Source of the DNA: a virus
Lineage: Duplodnaviria > Heunggongvirae > Uroviricota > Caudoviricetes
IMG/VR virus record: IMGVR_UViG_2718218135_000005
Length of the DNA: 39,236 nucleotides
Direction: 5' to 3' (one strand)
Part shown: piece after piece, positions 8,709-19,361 of the stretch
Layout of the letters: each line of letters begins with the position of its first letter
Position numbering within the stretch: the stretch's first letter is position 1
Program-made: the position numbers and the translations under genes
Notes under the pieces: generated by a model
The model's input: only the letters and a program-made list of their open reading frames with translations
What the model was told of the DNA's origin: nothing
Database searches by the model: none

Positions 8709-9787
8709 CAGAACGGGTCCTCCTGTACTCTGGCTTTTTTCTTTTTCCGCGCGCCGGGGGCTTCGGGTTCAGGCAGATAAGCATCAGGCGGGCCGACACG
8801 GATTTCCGTCAGGGTGCCGTTCTGGTCCTGAGTAAACGTGACTTCCGAGACAAGCAGTTCGGTATTGTCGAAACCACAGACCGGATCGAAGACAATCACC
8901 CGCTGGTTGGGCTGCCACAGCGTACCGTTACCCTGTCGCCAGCCCTGCACCACATAGGTGGTTTCATCCGTCCGCGCCGCCCGTTTTCGGGCTTCAAAGT
9001 CAGCACGCGCAATACAGCCAGCCCCCGTGGCCTGCCCTGTCTGCCTGATATACATCGGACGGTAACGGGCAATAAATGCGTCCTCTGTGCGGGCCCGCAG
9101 CGCGGTGGTGGTGGCCTCACCGAAATCATCGTCGTTTCCGGCACGCTGCCCCGCCACCTGGTAAACAGAAAACCGCTCCCGGATACTCTTCTCCGTATCA
9201 CAGGAAAGGATGTTTTCCCCAAGTACCAGCGCGGTATGTGCCCGCGTTGAGCCAATACCGCCAATCACCAGCCTGCCGTGCGGGTCGTCATAAGCCAGCG
9301 CCTGCTGCTGACCGAGTATTTTGTTAATCACCTCGATCACCGTTTCACCGTGATCAGGCTGGACATCAGGAATAACACCCGACGGCGCACCGCTGTTCAC
9401 CACCTCAATGCCGAAGGGCGCAGCAAGCGCCTGCGCAATCTGTACCAGTGATCGTCCGTTAAACTGTGTCGGTTCAGCTACACAATCAATCAGGTCAGCG
9501 GTCAGACTGCGTCCGGCAATACCGGTGCTGACCGAACGGGCATCGTAACGAACGGGCGTCGCCTCCACCCAGCCGGTGATCACCAGCTCATCACCAATCA
9601 GCACCTCCACTTTTGAACCGTTTTTAATGCGCGGCTGAAGCGTGGTGATACCCTCATCACCCGGCCACTGGCGGGTGATCTCCACACTGAAATCCCGCGC
9701 CAGTCGTTCAACACCGGCACCGATGCGCACCGATGTCCAGCCATTCCACTCCCGGCCATTTACCCGTAGCGTGACATTGTCGTTCAT
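8708..9787 (-). CDS. tail protein (Mu P / late control D-like baseplate hub)
   Basis: 359-aa product; synteny between DNA-circulation and baseplate genes. Confidence 0.6.
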   Translation of the reverse strand: MNDNVTLRVNGREWNGWTSVRIGAGVERLARDFSVEITRQWPGDEGITTLQPRIKNGSKVEVLIGDELVITGWVEATPVRYDARSVSTGIAGRSLTADLIDCVAEPTQFNGRSLVQIAQALAAPFGIEVVNSGAPSGVIPDVQPDHGETVIEVINKILGQQQALAYDDPHGRLVIGGIGSTRAHTALVLGENILSCDTEKSIRERFSVYQVAGQRAGNDDDFGEATTTALRARTEDAFIARYRPMYIRQTGQATGAGCIARADFEARKRAARTDETTYVVQGWRQGNGTLWQPNQRVIVFDPVCGFDNTELLVSEVTFTQDQNGTLTEIRVGPPDAYLPEPEAPGARKKKKARVQEDPF

Positions 9788-11154
9788 TGCACTGGCACCT
9801 TCAGAGGGATCACCGGCACAAAGCCGGGATGCGTAATGGCATTACGCCGGATAATGTCCGCGTCACGCGCCGCGTTATCAAACCAGGTCGCCGCCAGCAC
9901 CAGCGCGGGTAAAACCTCATCCGGCGTGCGCTGAATGATCCGTGCAGACTGTTCAAGGCGCGTGTTGATATCCGCATTCAGATCTGCTTTCACCCGGCGC
10001 AGCGCCAGAAACAGCGCATCACTGGTTGTACGGGACAACTCCTTATCAATTGCCGTATTCAGTGTGTCGCGAATGTCGGTCAGTTCTTCCCACGTTGGCA
10101 GGTCAACCGTGTTTTTCACCGCCGGTGCATTGTTCAGTGCCGGATGCGTGACAGAAGGCCAGCCGGTGCTCTGCGCGGGTGTTGTTGACTGCCCTACTGT
10201 GGCATTCTGCATCACCGCGGAAGTTGTGGGCGCAGGCAATCGTGTGACGGCATACGCCGCTTCGCTGATTGCGGTCGTACGAAGGGTGCTGGCAACCACG
10301 TTACGCTGCTGCGTCGCCGTGGCGGTAGTTTTACTGTCCGTTTTCCAGACGCCGCGCGGTTGCAGATCGCTGCCGAGGCTGACACCGGAAAGCGTTTTGA
10401 TCATGGTGACCAGGTCGCTGTCGTTACCATAAAGGCGTTTCCCGGTACGCCACATTTTCTGCACCTGCTCAACGAAATTTTTGCCTGACGATGGTGGCGG
10501 CAGAAGTACCGAGATATCCCCCTGCAACAGCCTGGCGGCATCCGATACGGCAGAATCCACCACTTTCATCGCATCAGAAACATACCCAAGCATTGTGCTG
10601 GCATTACCGACGACGTCGTTCTGCACAAAATCTGCCACGCCATCGATACTGAAACCACTGAAGCTGTCACTGATGCAGTCATCCAGTGCAGAACAGGATG
10701 ACATCAGCGTCTGCGCCGTCGCCGCACCTGAAGTGGGGTAAGAGAGTTCTCCCGCTTCGACAAACTTCAGGTCAAAGCGGACAATACGCCCTTCACTCTT
10801 CGATGTGCTGACCCGAACTTCCCCGTCAACACAGACTTTCAGCTCACCGTAAGTCGGATGGACAAGCGTGCCGGGACCGGGTTTATTCAGCGCGTCAATC
10901 AGGCGATCGCGCTGGTCAAAGCAGTCATCTCCCACCACATAAGCTGTGATGGACGGGCGGAAAGTGATTTTCCCCAGGTCTTCGGTATAGGGTTTGTCGC
11001 GGTTCGGGTATTCGTGCGTTTCCACACGACGACCGGTTCCCGCACTTTCTTCTTCAACCTTAAACGGCACACCGCGAAATGACGCGTCCTGAAGTCTGTC
11101 TTTCCACGTCATATAAACTCCGTACATAAAAAATCCCACCGGAGTGGGACTCAT
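9784..11154 (-). CDS. DNA circulation protein (Mu N-like)
   Basis: 456-aa product; position directly after tape measure. Confidence 0.6.
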   Translation of the reverse strand: MSPTPVGFFMYGVYMTWKDRLQDASFRGVPFKVEEESAGTGRRVETHEYPNRDKPYTEDLGKITFRPSITAYVVGDDCFDQRDRLIDALNKPGPGTLVHPTYGELKVCVDGEVRVSTSKSEGRIVRFDLKFVEAGELSYPTSGAATAQTLMSSCSALDDCISDSFSGFSIDGVADFVQNDVVGNASTMLGYVSDAMKVVDSAVSDAARLLQGDISVLLPPPSSGKNFVEQVQKMWRTGKRLYGNDSDLVTMIKTLSGVSLGSDLQPRGVWKTDSKTTATATQQRNVVASTLRTTAISEAAYAVTRLPAPTTSAVMQNATVGQSTTPAQSTGWPSVTHPALNNAPAVKNTVDLPTWEELTDIRDTLNTAIDKELSRTTSDALFLALRRVKADLNADINTRLEQSARIIQRTPDEVLPALVLAATWFDNAARDADIIRRNAITHPGFVPVIPLKVPVQ

Positions 11155-11172
11155 TAACAGATTAATTTTTCA

Positions 11173-13008
11173 TTACCTGCCAAAGCGCGTATAGCCAACA
11201 TCATGGCTGACATCAAAACCGCCGGATCGCGTTTCCATAACCCGCATACCCGGAGGCGAATTCACAAAAGAGACCTTGATCTCACCATCAACTTTTGGCG
11301 CAGAAGCTTTGTTAATCATGAAGGGATTCGGGCCTGTGGCACCGGAGGCGTTGTTTGACTGAGCCGGATCTACCGCCTGATAAGGTGTGTATCCCCGTGC
11401 CGGTATTCCCGTCCCATAAGCATCATAAGCACCCGCGCCCCACTGCGCAGAGTTAATGGCATCGACCGTGTCACCGGAACTGTCGGTAAACCACTCAATA
11501 ATTGGCTTCAGTTTGTCCCACATATCCTGAAACCACTTAACAACCGGTCCCCAGTTATTGATTACCATCCCCAGCGGCGACCAGGCAAAAACCTTCTTCA
11601 GAAGTTCCCAGCCAGCCTCAAAATAAGGACCAATGGTTTCCCAGAGCTTCTTGAAATAAGGTCCGACAACATCCCAGTTAGTGATAATTAATCCCGCAGC
11701 CAGGGCTATCGCCGTCGCAATCATTCCAATCGGCGTCATCGACATGATCCTGCTGACAATACTGATGGCACCGCCAACGCCCATCAATCCCAGTTTCAGA
11801 ATCGCAAGACCGGCAGCAAGCCCGACGACGCCGCGAATAACCCGGGGATTTTCATCCGCAAACTTCGTGAATTTTTCCCCTAACTCCCCCAGCCATTGCG
11901 TGATATTTTTGGCGTCACCAGAAAATGCGCCGCCAATAGCCGCAAGGCCGTTAGTTGCGGTCCCCGTCATTGCCTCCCACAGGTTGGACAGCGTACCAAG
12001 CTGGGCCTGAACACGTTTATTCAGGCTGGCCTGTTTATTCATCTTCTGCTGGATCTGATCGTAGCCATCCTTTCCTTTATCGATTAGTGCATTGACCACC
12101 TGAAGGGTTTCGGCATCATCACCAAATATTGCCTTAAGTACACCTGTTCGCTTAACGTCGGTCAGTTTTCGCAGCTTTGCCAGTTGCCTGAACATGTTAT
12201 CAAGACCGCCAAAACTTCCTTTGCCGTCAGTAAAATCGAGCTGTACCCCGAGTTTCTGGCGGGCCATGATTTTATTGACGTCCCTGATTTTCTTAACGCT
12301 TAATCCGGACTGAATAACTTTTCGCAGGGCGTTACCTGCCGACTCCCCGTTCATCCCCATCTGATCCATCATGACGCTGATGGGGGCAAGGCTCTGTGCA
12401 GCCTGAAGACCGTCCTTGTTCACCATCTTCAGAACAGAGCTGGTTTTAGTGAAGAAGGACAACATGTTGGTATCGTCAACACCCAGATAAAACGCCTTCT
12501 GGATAGTGTCGAACAGCCCCATCATGTCTTCTGACGCCGTTCCGGTAGCATCCTGCATCTTTGCAGCAAACTCAGCAGCCGCTTCCGGTGTTTTTTTCAG
12601 TTGTACCGCAAGATAAGCTGTCGCTTTACCCACACCGCCAAGAATGTTTTCTGCCGGGATCCCCTGACGCACCAGCATCTGCATCATGTTCTGGAAATCA
12701 GCCGTTGTACCGGGTAGCTGGTTACCCAGGCCAATAGCCAGTTTATTGATGTCCTGAAAGCTCTTTCCAACCTCGCCGTTCGCATCCATCATGGCGACTT
12801 TCAGCCCGGTGGCGGCGTTTTCCTGATCGGCATAAGATTTCAGGGAAAGCGTCAGACCCGCTGCCAGTCCGCCACCAAGCGCCAGCCCACCCTGTGACGC
12901 TTCTTCCGCCTGGCGTTTAAATCCCCGGATTTTCTTTTGCATTTTCGACAGCGCGGGAGAAAGCCTGTCGACACCGGTGATCAACGCCTTAAGCTCAAAT
13001 TCCGCCAT
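11173..13008 (-). CDS. tail tape measure protein
   Basis: 611-aa product rich in Ala/Gly/Met with hydrophobic C-terminal segments; sits after tube and chaperone genes. Confidence 0.8.
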   Translation of the reverse strand: MAEFELKALITGVDRLSPALSKMQKKIRGFKRQAEEASQGGLALGGGLAAGLTLSLKSYADQENAATGLKVAMMDANGEVGKSFQDINKLAIGLGNQLPGTTADFQNMMQMLVRQGIPAENILGGVGKATAYLAVQLKKTPEAAAEFAAKMQDATGTASEDMMGLFDTIQKAFYLGVDDTNMLSFFTKTSSVLKMVNKDGLQAAQSLAPISVMMDQMGMNGESAGNALRKVIQSGLSVKKIRDVNKIMARQKLGVQLDFTDGKGSFGGLDNMFRQLAKLRKLTDVKRTGVLKAIFGDDAETLQVVNALIDKGKDGYDQIQQKMNKQASLNKRVQAQLGTLSNLWEAMTGTATNGLAAIGGAFSGDAKNITQWLGELGEKFTKFADENPRVIRGVVGLAAGLAILKLGLMGVGGAISIVSRIMSMTPIGMIATAIALAAGLIITNWDVVGPYFKKLWETIGPYFEAGWELLKKVFAWSPLGMVINNWGPVVKWFQDMWDKLKPIIEWFTDSSGDTVDAINSAQWGAGAYDAYGTGIPARGYTPYQAVDPAQSNNASGATGPNPFMINKASAPKVDGEIKVSFVNSPPGMRVMETRSGGFDVSHDVGYTRFGR

Positions 13009-13149
13009 GTGTGCGTTTCTCCTGCTCTATCCTGTTTGCCTGACTGACCAGCAAGGGAATTTCACTGATCGGCATATTCAGCAATTCGAAAGGATTAATG
13101 CGCCAGTAGCTGGCGCAGTCAAAGAAGCGATCAGTGAGGTATTCAGCCG

Positions 13150-13419
13150 TCAGGCCTGGAGGAAAAAACCGGCCACAAGCCACGCCGCTGCATTCAGGTC
13201 TGCCGGAGACATCTGGTCGACAGAGCTTTGCGGCACTTTCGCCAGCCGCACAATGTATTTCGACACCACATGCGCCAGAAGTCTGACTGACTCATCCTGA
13301 TTCATCTGGTAGGGATACCCCAGCTCGCGGACATCCTTCCCGGTGGGTTCATCAAACTCCAGTACGGAGAGTGTCTCGCCATGAGCAGTAATCGGTTTCT
13401 TTAACTCAAGCTCTTTCAT
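13150..13419 (-). CDS. tail assembly chaperone
   Basis: 89-aa ORF between tube and tape measure; the overlapping 12995-13183 ORF may be a frameshift extension. Confidence 0.45.
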   Translation of the reverse strand: MKELELKKPITAHGETLSVLEFDEPTGKDVRELGYPYQMNQDESVRLLAHVVSKYIVRLAKVPQSSVDQMSPADLNAAAWLVAGFFLQA

Positions 13420-13775
13420 TACTGGTAATCCCCTTCTTCACCGTGGAACTCAAGATCAACCGTGCCTTCTTCGGCATTATGGTTCGCTTCGCCGTGCAGC
13501 CAGGCAGACGACAGTACATAGACCTGACCGTTCGCCAGCTCGGCAGTGATGGTCATCTCATCAGACGAGGTGATTTTGCTTACCGGAAAATTCTTCGGCA
13601 CCTTGAAGGTCCCTTTGACATAAGGCGCACGGTGAGTTTCCTTGCGGTCCACTGAACCGTCCAGGCCGATGATGTCATCGTTAACCGTTTTGTTCATGGG
13701 CACCTCAATGCCGCCGGTCAGCGATAGCTGCTGACCGTCAATTTTGAAATAACAGGTTCCCCCGATACGGGCCAT
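13419..13775 (-). CDS. tail tube protein
   Basis: 118-aa product immediately after sheath gene. Confidence 0.7.
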   Translation of the reverse strand: MARIGGTCYFKIDGQQLSLTGGIEVPMNKTVNDDIIGLDGSVDRKETHRAPYVKGTFKVPKNFPVSKITSSDEMTITAELANGQVYVLSSAWLHGEANHNAEEGTVDLEFHGEEGDYQ

Positions 13776-15271
13776 TATGCAGACTCCTCTGAATACTGAA
13801 GACGGAACTGATTAACCACGGCAAAGACACGCAGCTGGTTAACATAGTCAGGCGGGAACAGCGTGTTCAGGCGGTTCGGATCGCTGGCATCACGCTCCAC
13901 AACCAGGTACTGCTTAAACAGTTCGTAGTTTTCCACAATCCCCGCACGCTCAAGCTGACGGTAGGTTGCCAGCAGTTCCCCTTTGATCACCGCCGGGGTG
14001 ACAATCGCCTGACCGGGACCAAAGCGGGTACCGTCACTGGCAAGCTTGTGACGCCCGTACTTACTGGTAATGACGGATTTCAGTTTGCGCAGTACATACG
14101 CGCTGGTATGCAGCGTCTCACTGTCGAGGTAACTGTTATCCGCAACCCCGTAAGCGTTTTTCCTGTACGTGGTGACATCACGCTGAATGCGTAGTACCCC
14201 GCTTTCGACATACGCCGTTGCCACGCCATGAGACAGCAGGGTCTGTTGTTCGGTCATCGTGAACCGTTTCCCCTTCGGCGCAGGCAGCATACCCACCAGC
14301 TCACCGGTCTGCGTGGGACGTGCCGGATCGTTGCGGATAAACACCGCTGCGCGGGCGGTACGGCTTGCCGCCAGCTCGTCGGCAGGCGTCTGGGTCTCTT
14401 TTTCGTATCCCGCCAGGGTAATGTGCTGCTGGTTAAACTGGTCACCTGCGGTCACCAGTTCTGACAGCGTGCCGATCTTTGCCGTATACACATGACCATA
14501 CAGCTGACGCGCATAGCTCCAGCGACCGCTGGTATCGTTCATCTCGGTCACCAGCGTGTTAACGGAGGCCGTGTCGTTGAACGGCAGGCCGATATAATCA
14601 AACGGCTCATCCGCCATTGCAGCCACCGCGCCGGTGAGAACAGGAGCGCCCGTTCCGGCGGTACCCGTCGCCACGGCAATCTGTACGCCCGCTGGCAGCA
14701 CTTCGCCCCCACCAAAGCCGTAGTAATTGAGGCTGACAGGAATTTCATTCCCGCAAAGCCCCTTATGACGCGCGGTCAGTGTGACCACGCCTGCCGAAGA
14801 TGAGGCAGTAAACGGCAGGGTCGGAACGGCATTGATGGCATCCTGGATACTGCTGGCAATCGTCGCAACGTTATCGCCGTTGGTCACCGGTGCCTGCACG
14901 CGGGTACGTCCCACATAAACATTCACCGTGCCGGTTTCGGTTGCCGCGCCGGTCACCGTCAGCGTAACCGTTGCCGCCGCGCCCGTGGATTCAGGAACGG
15001 CAATCACATACAGCTCGCCAAACGGGTCGGTCTGGCGATAAGCCTCAACCATACGCGCCAGCTGACTTCCCGCACCACAAATCTGGCGTGCATAGTCTGC
15101 CGACGGCATCAGTACCAGACTGTTGGCAACAATCTCTGCACCGTTATTGGCATGACCAATCAGCAGCGATGCTCCGCTGTCCTGTGCAGTATTCGCCGCC
15201 TGATTATCCATTTCCGCATAAAACAGCGGAACCAGCGTATTCGACGGAATGGTGTTAAAGCTTATCGTCAT
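13775..15271 (-). CDS. contractile tail sheath protein
   Basis: 498-aa product; size and position typical of a sheath protein. Confidence 0.8.
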   Translation of the reverse strand: MTISFNTIPSNTLVPLFYAEMDNQAANTAQDSGASLLIGHANNGAEIVANSLVLMPSADYARQICGAGSQLARMVEAYRQTDPFGELYVIAVPESTGAAATVTLTVTGAATETGTVNVYVGRTRVQAPVTNGDNVATIASSIQDAINAVPTLPFTASSSAGVVTLTARHKGLCGNEIPVSLNYYGFGGGEVLPAGVQIAVATGTAGTGAPVLTGAVAAMADEPFDYIGLPFNDTASVNTLVTEMNDTSGRWSYARQLYGHVYTAKIGTLSELVTAGDQFNQQHITLAGYEKETQTPADELAASRTARAAVFIRNDPARPTQTGELVGMLPAPKGKRFTMTEQQTLLSHGVATAYVESGVLRIQRDVTTYRKNAYGVADNSYLDSETLHTSAYVLRKLKSVITSKYGRHKLASDGTRFGPGQAIVTPAVIKGELLATYRQLERAGIVENYELFKQYLVVERDASDPNRLNTLFPPDYVNQLRVFAVVNQFRLQYSEESA

Positions 15272-15433
15272 CGGTGTTCACCTTTTTATTCACGCGCCGG
15301 ATATCACCCGCTACTTCACGGCGCAGCCAGTAGTTGTTCTCGTCAACATTTCGCCCTTCGGCGGGCAAAAGGTCGCCGCGGGCAGGGTCAGGAACTGACC
15401 GCCCTTTAACAGGTTTGACAAACATGAGGATCC

Positions 15434-15994
15434 TCAGGAAGGAAGGGTTATTTCGGTGTGATGTTCGATATCGCCGTCAGGCCCGTTACCGGGCTCGAGA
15501 TAATCAACATCAATCGCCAGCGTTTGCAGTTCATCCAGACTGTTCAGATCATCCTGCTGGCGGGTATCGTCTTCAGTCAGCTCGCTGATGACCGAAAAAT
15601 CGAACTGATAAATCAGCTCATGACGATTCAGATCCAGCAGCGTGCCGCCGTCATAGGTAATCGGGTTACCGCACGCTTCCGGGTTCCAGCCCAGCAGGGC
15701 CTTAAAGAGCATCTGCCGGACATCGTCCACCACATCATACGAGGCAAACTGACCGCGCTCATCACGCCCGTTACTTAGTATGACAACCACGGAGAAGCCC
15801 TCTTTCAGCTCCTGCCAGTAGTCGGTCTGGCTTTTGTTTTCTCCCGGAGAGTCATCACCCGGTACCACATACGCCGCCGGGAGTCTCAGCTTTCCGACCT
15901 CCGGCAGATTTTTGAACTGTGCCGCGCCTGCCACCCGGTTTTCAAAATACGGGCAGCGGGCACGCAGCGCAGCAATAACAGGCGTCAGTTTCAT
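15434..15994 (-). CDS. virion morphogenesis / tail completion protein (hypothetical)
   Basis: 186-aa acidic product between head-tail joining genes and sheath. Confidence 0.4.
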   Translation of the reverse strand: MKLTPVIAALRARCPYFENRVAGAAQFKNLPEVGKLRLPAAYVVPGDDSPGENKSQTDYWQELKEGFSVVVILSNGRDERGQFASYDVVDDVRQMLFKALLGWNPEACGNPITYDGGTLLDLNRHELIYQFDFSVISELTEDDTRQQDDLNSLDELQTLAIDVDYLEPGNGPDGDIEHHTEITLPS

Positions 15995-16497
15995 CTGTGT
16001 CGTCGCTCCGGCTTCAGTGATTTACGCAATTCCCGCGCCAGAAAATAGCGTGTCCAGCTGCGGTTCTTTTCAAGCGTTTCCACCATGAAGTTATTACGTG
16101 GAGCCAGTCGCCAGCCGCTGCCACCGGATGCACCACGATGATGGCTGCGACGACGCTTTGCCCCTCGCCTCACGCCATAGAACAAAAAAGCCGGATAAAA
16201 ATCACCGGTGATACGGCGGTTTCCCTCTCCATTACGCTGGTTAGGAGCTATACGTGCCATAAAACCAGGGCGATATTTACTGGCTCTGGGTACCATGTAA
16301 CCAATTGAACGAGCCAGGCGTCCGGTCTGATAACCGGGGTTTTCACCCGGTGCCGACCGCGCACGGCGCATCACCAGCCGACGGGCATCACGCATATGAC
16401 GCTGACCAATCGTGACAAACGCCCGCCGGACACGGGCGCGGTTAAAGCGCATCTCCGCGGGCTGCTGAAAATCAACGTGCAAAAAGGAAGTCGTCAT
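15991..16497 (-). CDS. HK97 gp10-like tail component (Arg-rich)
   Basis: 168-aa strongly basic product; synteny. Confidence 0.45.
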   Translation of the reverse strand: MTTSFLHVDFQQPAEMRFNRARVRRAFVTIGQRHMRDARRLVMRRARSAPGENPGYQTGRLARSIGYMVPRASKYRPGFMARIAPNQRNGEGNRRITGDFYPAFLFYGVRRGAKRRRSHHRGASGGSGWRLAPRNNFMVETLEKNRSWTRYFLARELRKSLKPERRHR

Positions 16498-16882
16498 TGT
16501 TGCCTCCGTGACTCTGCCTACATTCGCCCAGCTCCGTACACTCCAGCAGCAGAAAGCGCCGCGCCCCGTTCAGATCGCGCTGACGTTTCACCCGGTACAC
16601 ACTGTCACCGCAGACCACCTCATAATCAGCGGTGATCCCCCGGCGGTAACGAATGGTGATGTAATGGGTGATGGCGTCCCCGGTCTGCGCGGTTTCCTGC
16701 CAGGTGGTGGCACTGGTCTGGATAACCTTCGCCCATGTCCGGAACGTAACCGGGTATTGAGGCTCCACGCCAAAGTTATCCGCGGGCATATCTACCCGCT
16801 GGCGGATCAGGACGCGTTTATTCAGTTCACCGGGGTCCGGCAGAATGTAGGTTGCGCTGGTCTGCGCCTGACGAATTTTCAT
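16472..16882 (-). CDS. head-tail adaptor / head closure protein
   Basis: 136-aa product; synteny. Confidence 0.55.
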   Translation of the reverse strand: MKIRQAQTSATYILPDPGELNKRVLIRQRVDMPADNFGVEPQYPVTFRTWAKVIQTSATTWQETAQTGDAITHYITIRYRRGITADYEVVCGDSVYRVKRQRDLNGARRFLLLECTELGECRQSHGGNNDDFLFAR

Positions 16883-17202
16883 TGCGGAAAGTACCTGTAC
16901 GGGCCGACAAGCCAGCCAAAACTCTGCGGCATGTCGAGTTTCTCCACTTCCGTAACCGAAGAGCGGTTTTCGTAAAAATGGCTGATAAGCATCAGCATCC
17001 CCAGACGAATATCATCCGACAGGTGCAGCCCGTCCGGATCGCTGTCCGGAATGGTTTCATCCGGTGCATAGAGCTTCCGGTTCAGATACGTTTCCGTCCG
17101 CTTTTGTGCCGCACAGGCCAGCAGTTGCAGATGGCGGTCATCAGCATCGTAATCCTCATCCAGCCGGAGTTGGGCTTTAATCTCTTCCATTGTCAGAAGC
17201 AT
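16879..17202 (-). CDS. head-tail connector (gp6-like)
   Basis: 107-aa product downstream of major capsid gene. Confidence 0.55.
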   Translation of the reverse strand: MLLTMEEIKAQLRLDEDYDADDRHLQLLACAAQKRTETYLNRKLYAPDETIPDSDPDGLHLSDDIRLGMLMLISHFYENRSSVTEVEKLDMPQSFGWLVGPYRYFPQ

Positions 17203-17204
17203 AC

Positions 17205-17405
17205 TCAGCCCTCTTTACTGGTCGTGGCTTTTTTCTCTTTTGCCGCTTTACTGCTTTTTGCACTGATTCCGCGCTCTGCTAACCCGGCCTGAAGTGCAAT
17301 CTCCTGCACCCGGGCAGGAAGCGCCCCGTCGTCATACTCACCGGCCCGAATGACCTCAACACGCATACCGTCCGGTGACCATTTCAGATCTTGTTTCAGG
17401 ATCAT
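17205..17405 (-). CDS. small hypothetical protein
   Basis: 66-aa ORF between capsid and connector genes. Confidence 0.35.
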   Translation of the reverse strand: MILKQDLKWSPDGMRVEVIRAGEYDDGALPARVQEIALQAGLAERGISAKSSKAAKEKKATTSKEG

Positions 17406-17454
17406 GATTCTTCACCCGTCAGAACAGGGGGCGCGGTTCCGCGCCCCTGAGTGA

Positions 17455-18660
17455 TTACGCCGCTGCAATCTTCAGCAGTTTGATGGCCTGCGAATCGACC
17501 AGCATCCCGCCGGTGCGCTTGGTGGTATAAAAACCGACAAACGGTTTATTGGTGTACGGATCACGCAGAATGCGGGTGCCGATACGGTCAACGATGGTGT
17601 AACCCCGTTTGAAGTTACCAAATGCAATGGCTTTCGCATCAGCGGCGATATCCGGCATCTGTTCGTTTTCAGCGATACCGTAACCCGCCAGAGAGGACGG
17701 CTGCCCCAGTTCCAGCCCCGGACGCCACAGATAGTTACCCTCGATGTCTTTAAGCAGACGGATGGCAAACAGGCTGTTGTTGTTCATCATGAACTTCGCG
17801 CCAGTGCGGTGTGCCTTACGCAGCGTGTAAATCAGTTTGATAATGGCGTCTGCGGTCACCGCAGTCGCGTCGCCGGATACAATATGCTGAAGTTTGCCGA
17901 ACGCCCGGACCTTATCGGTTTCATCCGTGGATTCATACGCCAGGAACCCTTTCGGCTTCTTGGTACCATCGCCGGTGGTAAAGGCAATTTCTTCCTGTTC
18001 GGCAAATTCGGTTGCCAGCTCGCTGTTGATCCATGCTTCCACGTTGAAAAAGGCATCATCCAGCATTTTCTGGGTGGCCTGCGGGTTACCGTAGATTTCC
18101 CCCATGAAAGGTTCAATCAGGCCCAGTTTTGAGGTGGCAGTCTGGGAGCGCGCGTCAGTCTCGCCAACCCATCCAGAAGCCGTGCCGCCCAGATTCACCA
18201 GTTTTTTGTAGTCGGAACCACCAATGGTGATCACCGTGGCTTCCTGGCGCATCACCACTTCATCTTTCAGCAGGGTGAGAATGTTGCGATCCAGTGCTTC
18301 CGGCACGGCATAGCCGCCGTCTTCATCGGTGCCCACCTGCAATGCCTTGCGCTCCAGATCGCGCAGACCATCTTCACGGCCTTTACGCAGGAAGCCCACA
18401 AACGCTTCTTTATGCTCAGTGGCCAGTTTATTTTGCGCACCACCTGCCGGGCGTTTCAGCTCAAGCAGCTCTTTTTCAAGATCGCTTTTGAGGTTTTCCA
18501 GCTCGCTGAGTTTCCCGTTCAGGGTTTCCACCTGCCCGGCAAGTTTGCCTTTTTCCTGCTCAATCGCATCCACGCGCTTGTCGTTCTTTGCCTTGAAGTC
18601 GTCAAACTTCTGCTGCAGCTCCTGCGCGACCTGTTCCACATCTTTAATATCAACCGCCAT
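17455..18660 (-). CDS. major capsid protein (HK97 family) with N-terminal coiled-coil delta domain
   Basis: 401-aa product; N-terminal ~100 residues are heptad-rich (KLAGQVETLNGKLSELENLKSDLEKELLELK); follows protease gene. Confidence 0.85.
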   Translation of the reverse strand: MAVDIKDVEQVAQELQQKFDDFKAKNDKRVDAIEQEKGKLAGQVETLNGKLSELENLKSDLEKELLELKRPAGGAQNKLATEHKEAFVGFLRKGREDGLRDLERKALQVGTDEDGGYAVPEALDRNILTLLKDEVVMRQEATVITIGGSDYKKLVNLGGTASGWVGETDARSQTATSKLGLIEPFMGEIYGNPQATQKMLDDAFFNVEAWINSELATEFAEQEEIAFTTGDGTKKPKGFLAYESTDETDKVRAFGKLQHIVSGDATAVTADAIIKLIYTLRKAHRTGAKFMMNNNSLFAIRLLKDIEGNYLWRPGLELGQPSSLAGYGIAENEQMPDIAADAKAIAFGNFKRGYTIVDRIGTRILRDPYTNKPFVGFYTTKRTGGMLVDSQAIKLLKIAAA

Positions 18661-18674
18661 CGTATTTCTCCTGA

Positions 18675-19361
18675 TTAGAAGTTCAGATTTTTCAGTGCAT
18701 TCAGTGCAGAGCCCACATCCTCAGCGTCGCGCAGGGACAGTGCGCCATAGCCCCCGGCCATGAATGCTTTGGCCTGGGTACGGGAGAGTCCGACATCACG
18801 CAGGACTCTTTCGATTTTTTTCTGTTCGGGGATTTCCCCGCGGGCCAGTGCGTTCTTGACGTCGCTGATCCGCGCCTCGTCGTTAGACGGGAACGTCACC
18901 AGGCTGACTTCCCAGAGGTCGATTTCTTTCAGCAGAAAGGCTTCTTTGCTCCGGTCGTATTCCCAGTCTTTCAGGACGTACCCAATAGAAAGGCCGGTTA
19001 ACGAACCGGCCTTCATGTGTGCATGTGCGCGTTTTGCGAGGGGATCATCATCAATAAGCAACCGTCCCCTGACGTAAAGTCCGACATCGTCTTCCTTCAT
19101 TTCAGTGTAAACACCGATGGGTTCATCCATGCGGTGCTGCCAGAGCAGCGCAGGTAACGCTTTTCTGTCACTCCACGCCCGCAGGGAAGCAGCAAATGCC
19201 CCGGACATCACCACATCATCGTGGCTGTCCTTTACACCAAAGACGGAGCCATACCCTTCAAACTCACCGGAGTCACTGACAGATTTCAGACTCAGCGGTA
19301 CATCAAGACGTTGTTTCGTCTGCATTGGCGTTATCCTTCTGCTTACCGGCTTTACTGCCAT
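18675..19361 (-). CDS. prohead maturation protease (HK97 family)
   Basis: 228-aa product between portal and capsid genes. Confidence 0.8.
   Translation of the reverse strand: MAVKPVSRRITPMQTKQRLDVPLSLKSVSDSGEFEGYGSVFGVKDSHDDVVMSGAFAASLRAWSDRKALPALLWQHRMDEPIGVYTEMKEDDVGLYVRGRLLIDDDPLAKRAHAHMKAGSLTGLSIGYVLKDWEYDRSKEAFLLKEIDLWEVSLVTFPSNDEARISDVKNALARGEIPEQKKIERVLRDVGLSRTQAKAFMAGGYGALSLRDAEDVGSALNALKNLNF

Noticed and set aside
11681-12087. Plus-strand ORFs inside the tape-measure gene
   Set aside because: Antisense to a long, recognisable structural gene; low-complexity products.
14228-14803. Several 60-100-aa ORFs on both strands inside the tail sheath gene
   Set aside because: Overlap a recognisable sheath gene; products are Arg/Cys-rich frame-shadow artefacts.
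18329-18763. 144-aa Ser/Phe-rich plus-strand ORF
   Set aside because: Antisense to the major capsid gene's coiled-coil region; low-complexity.
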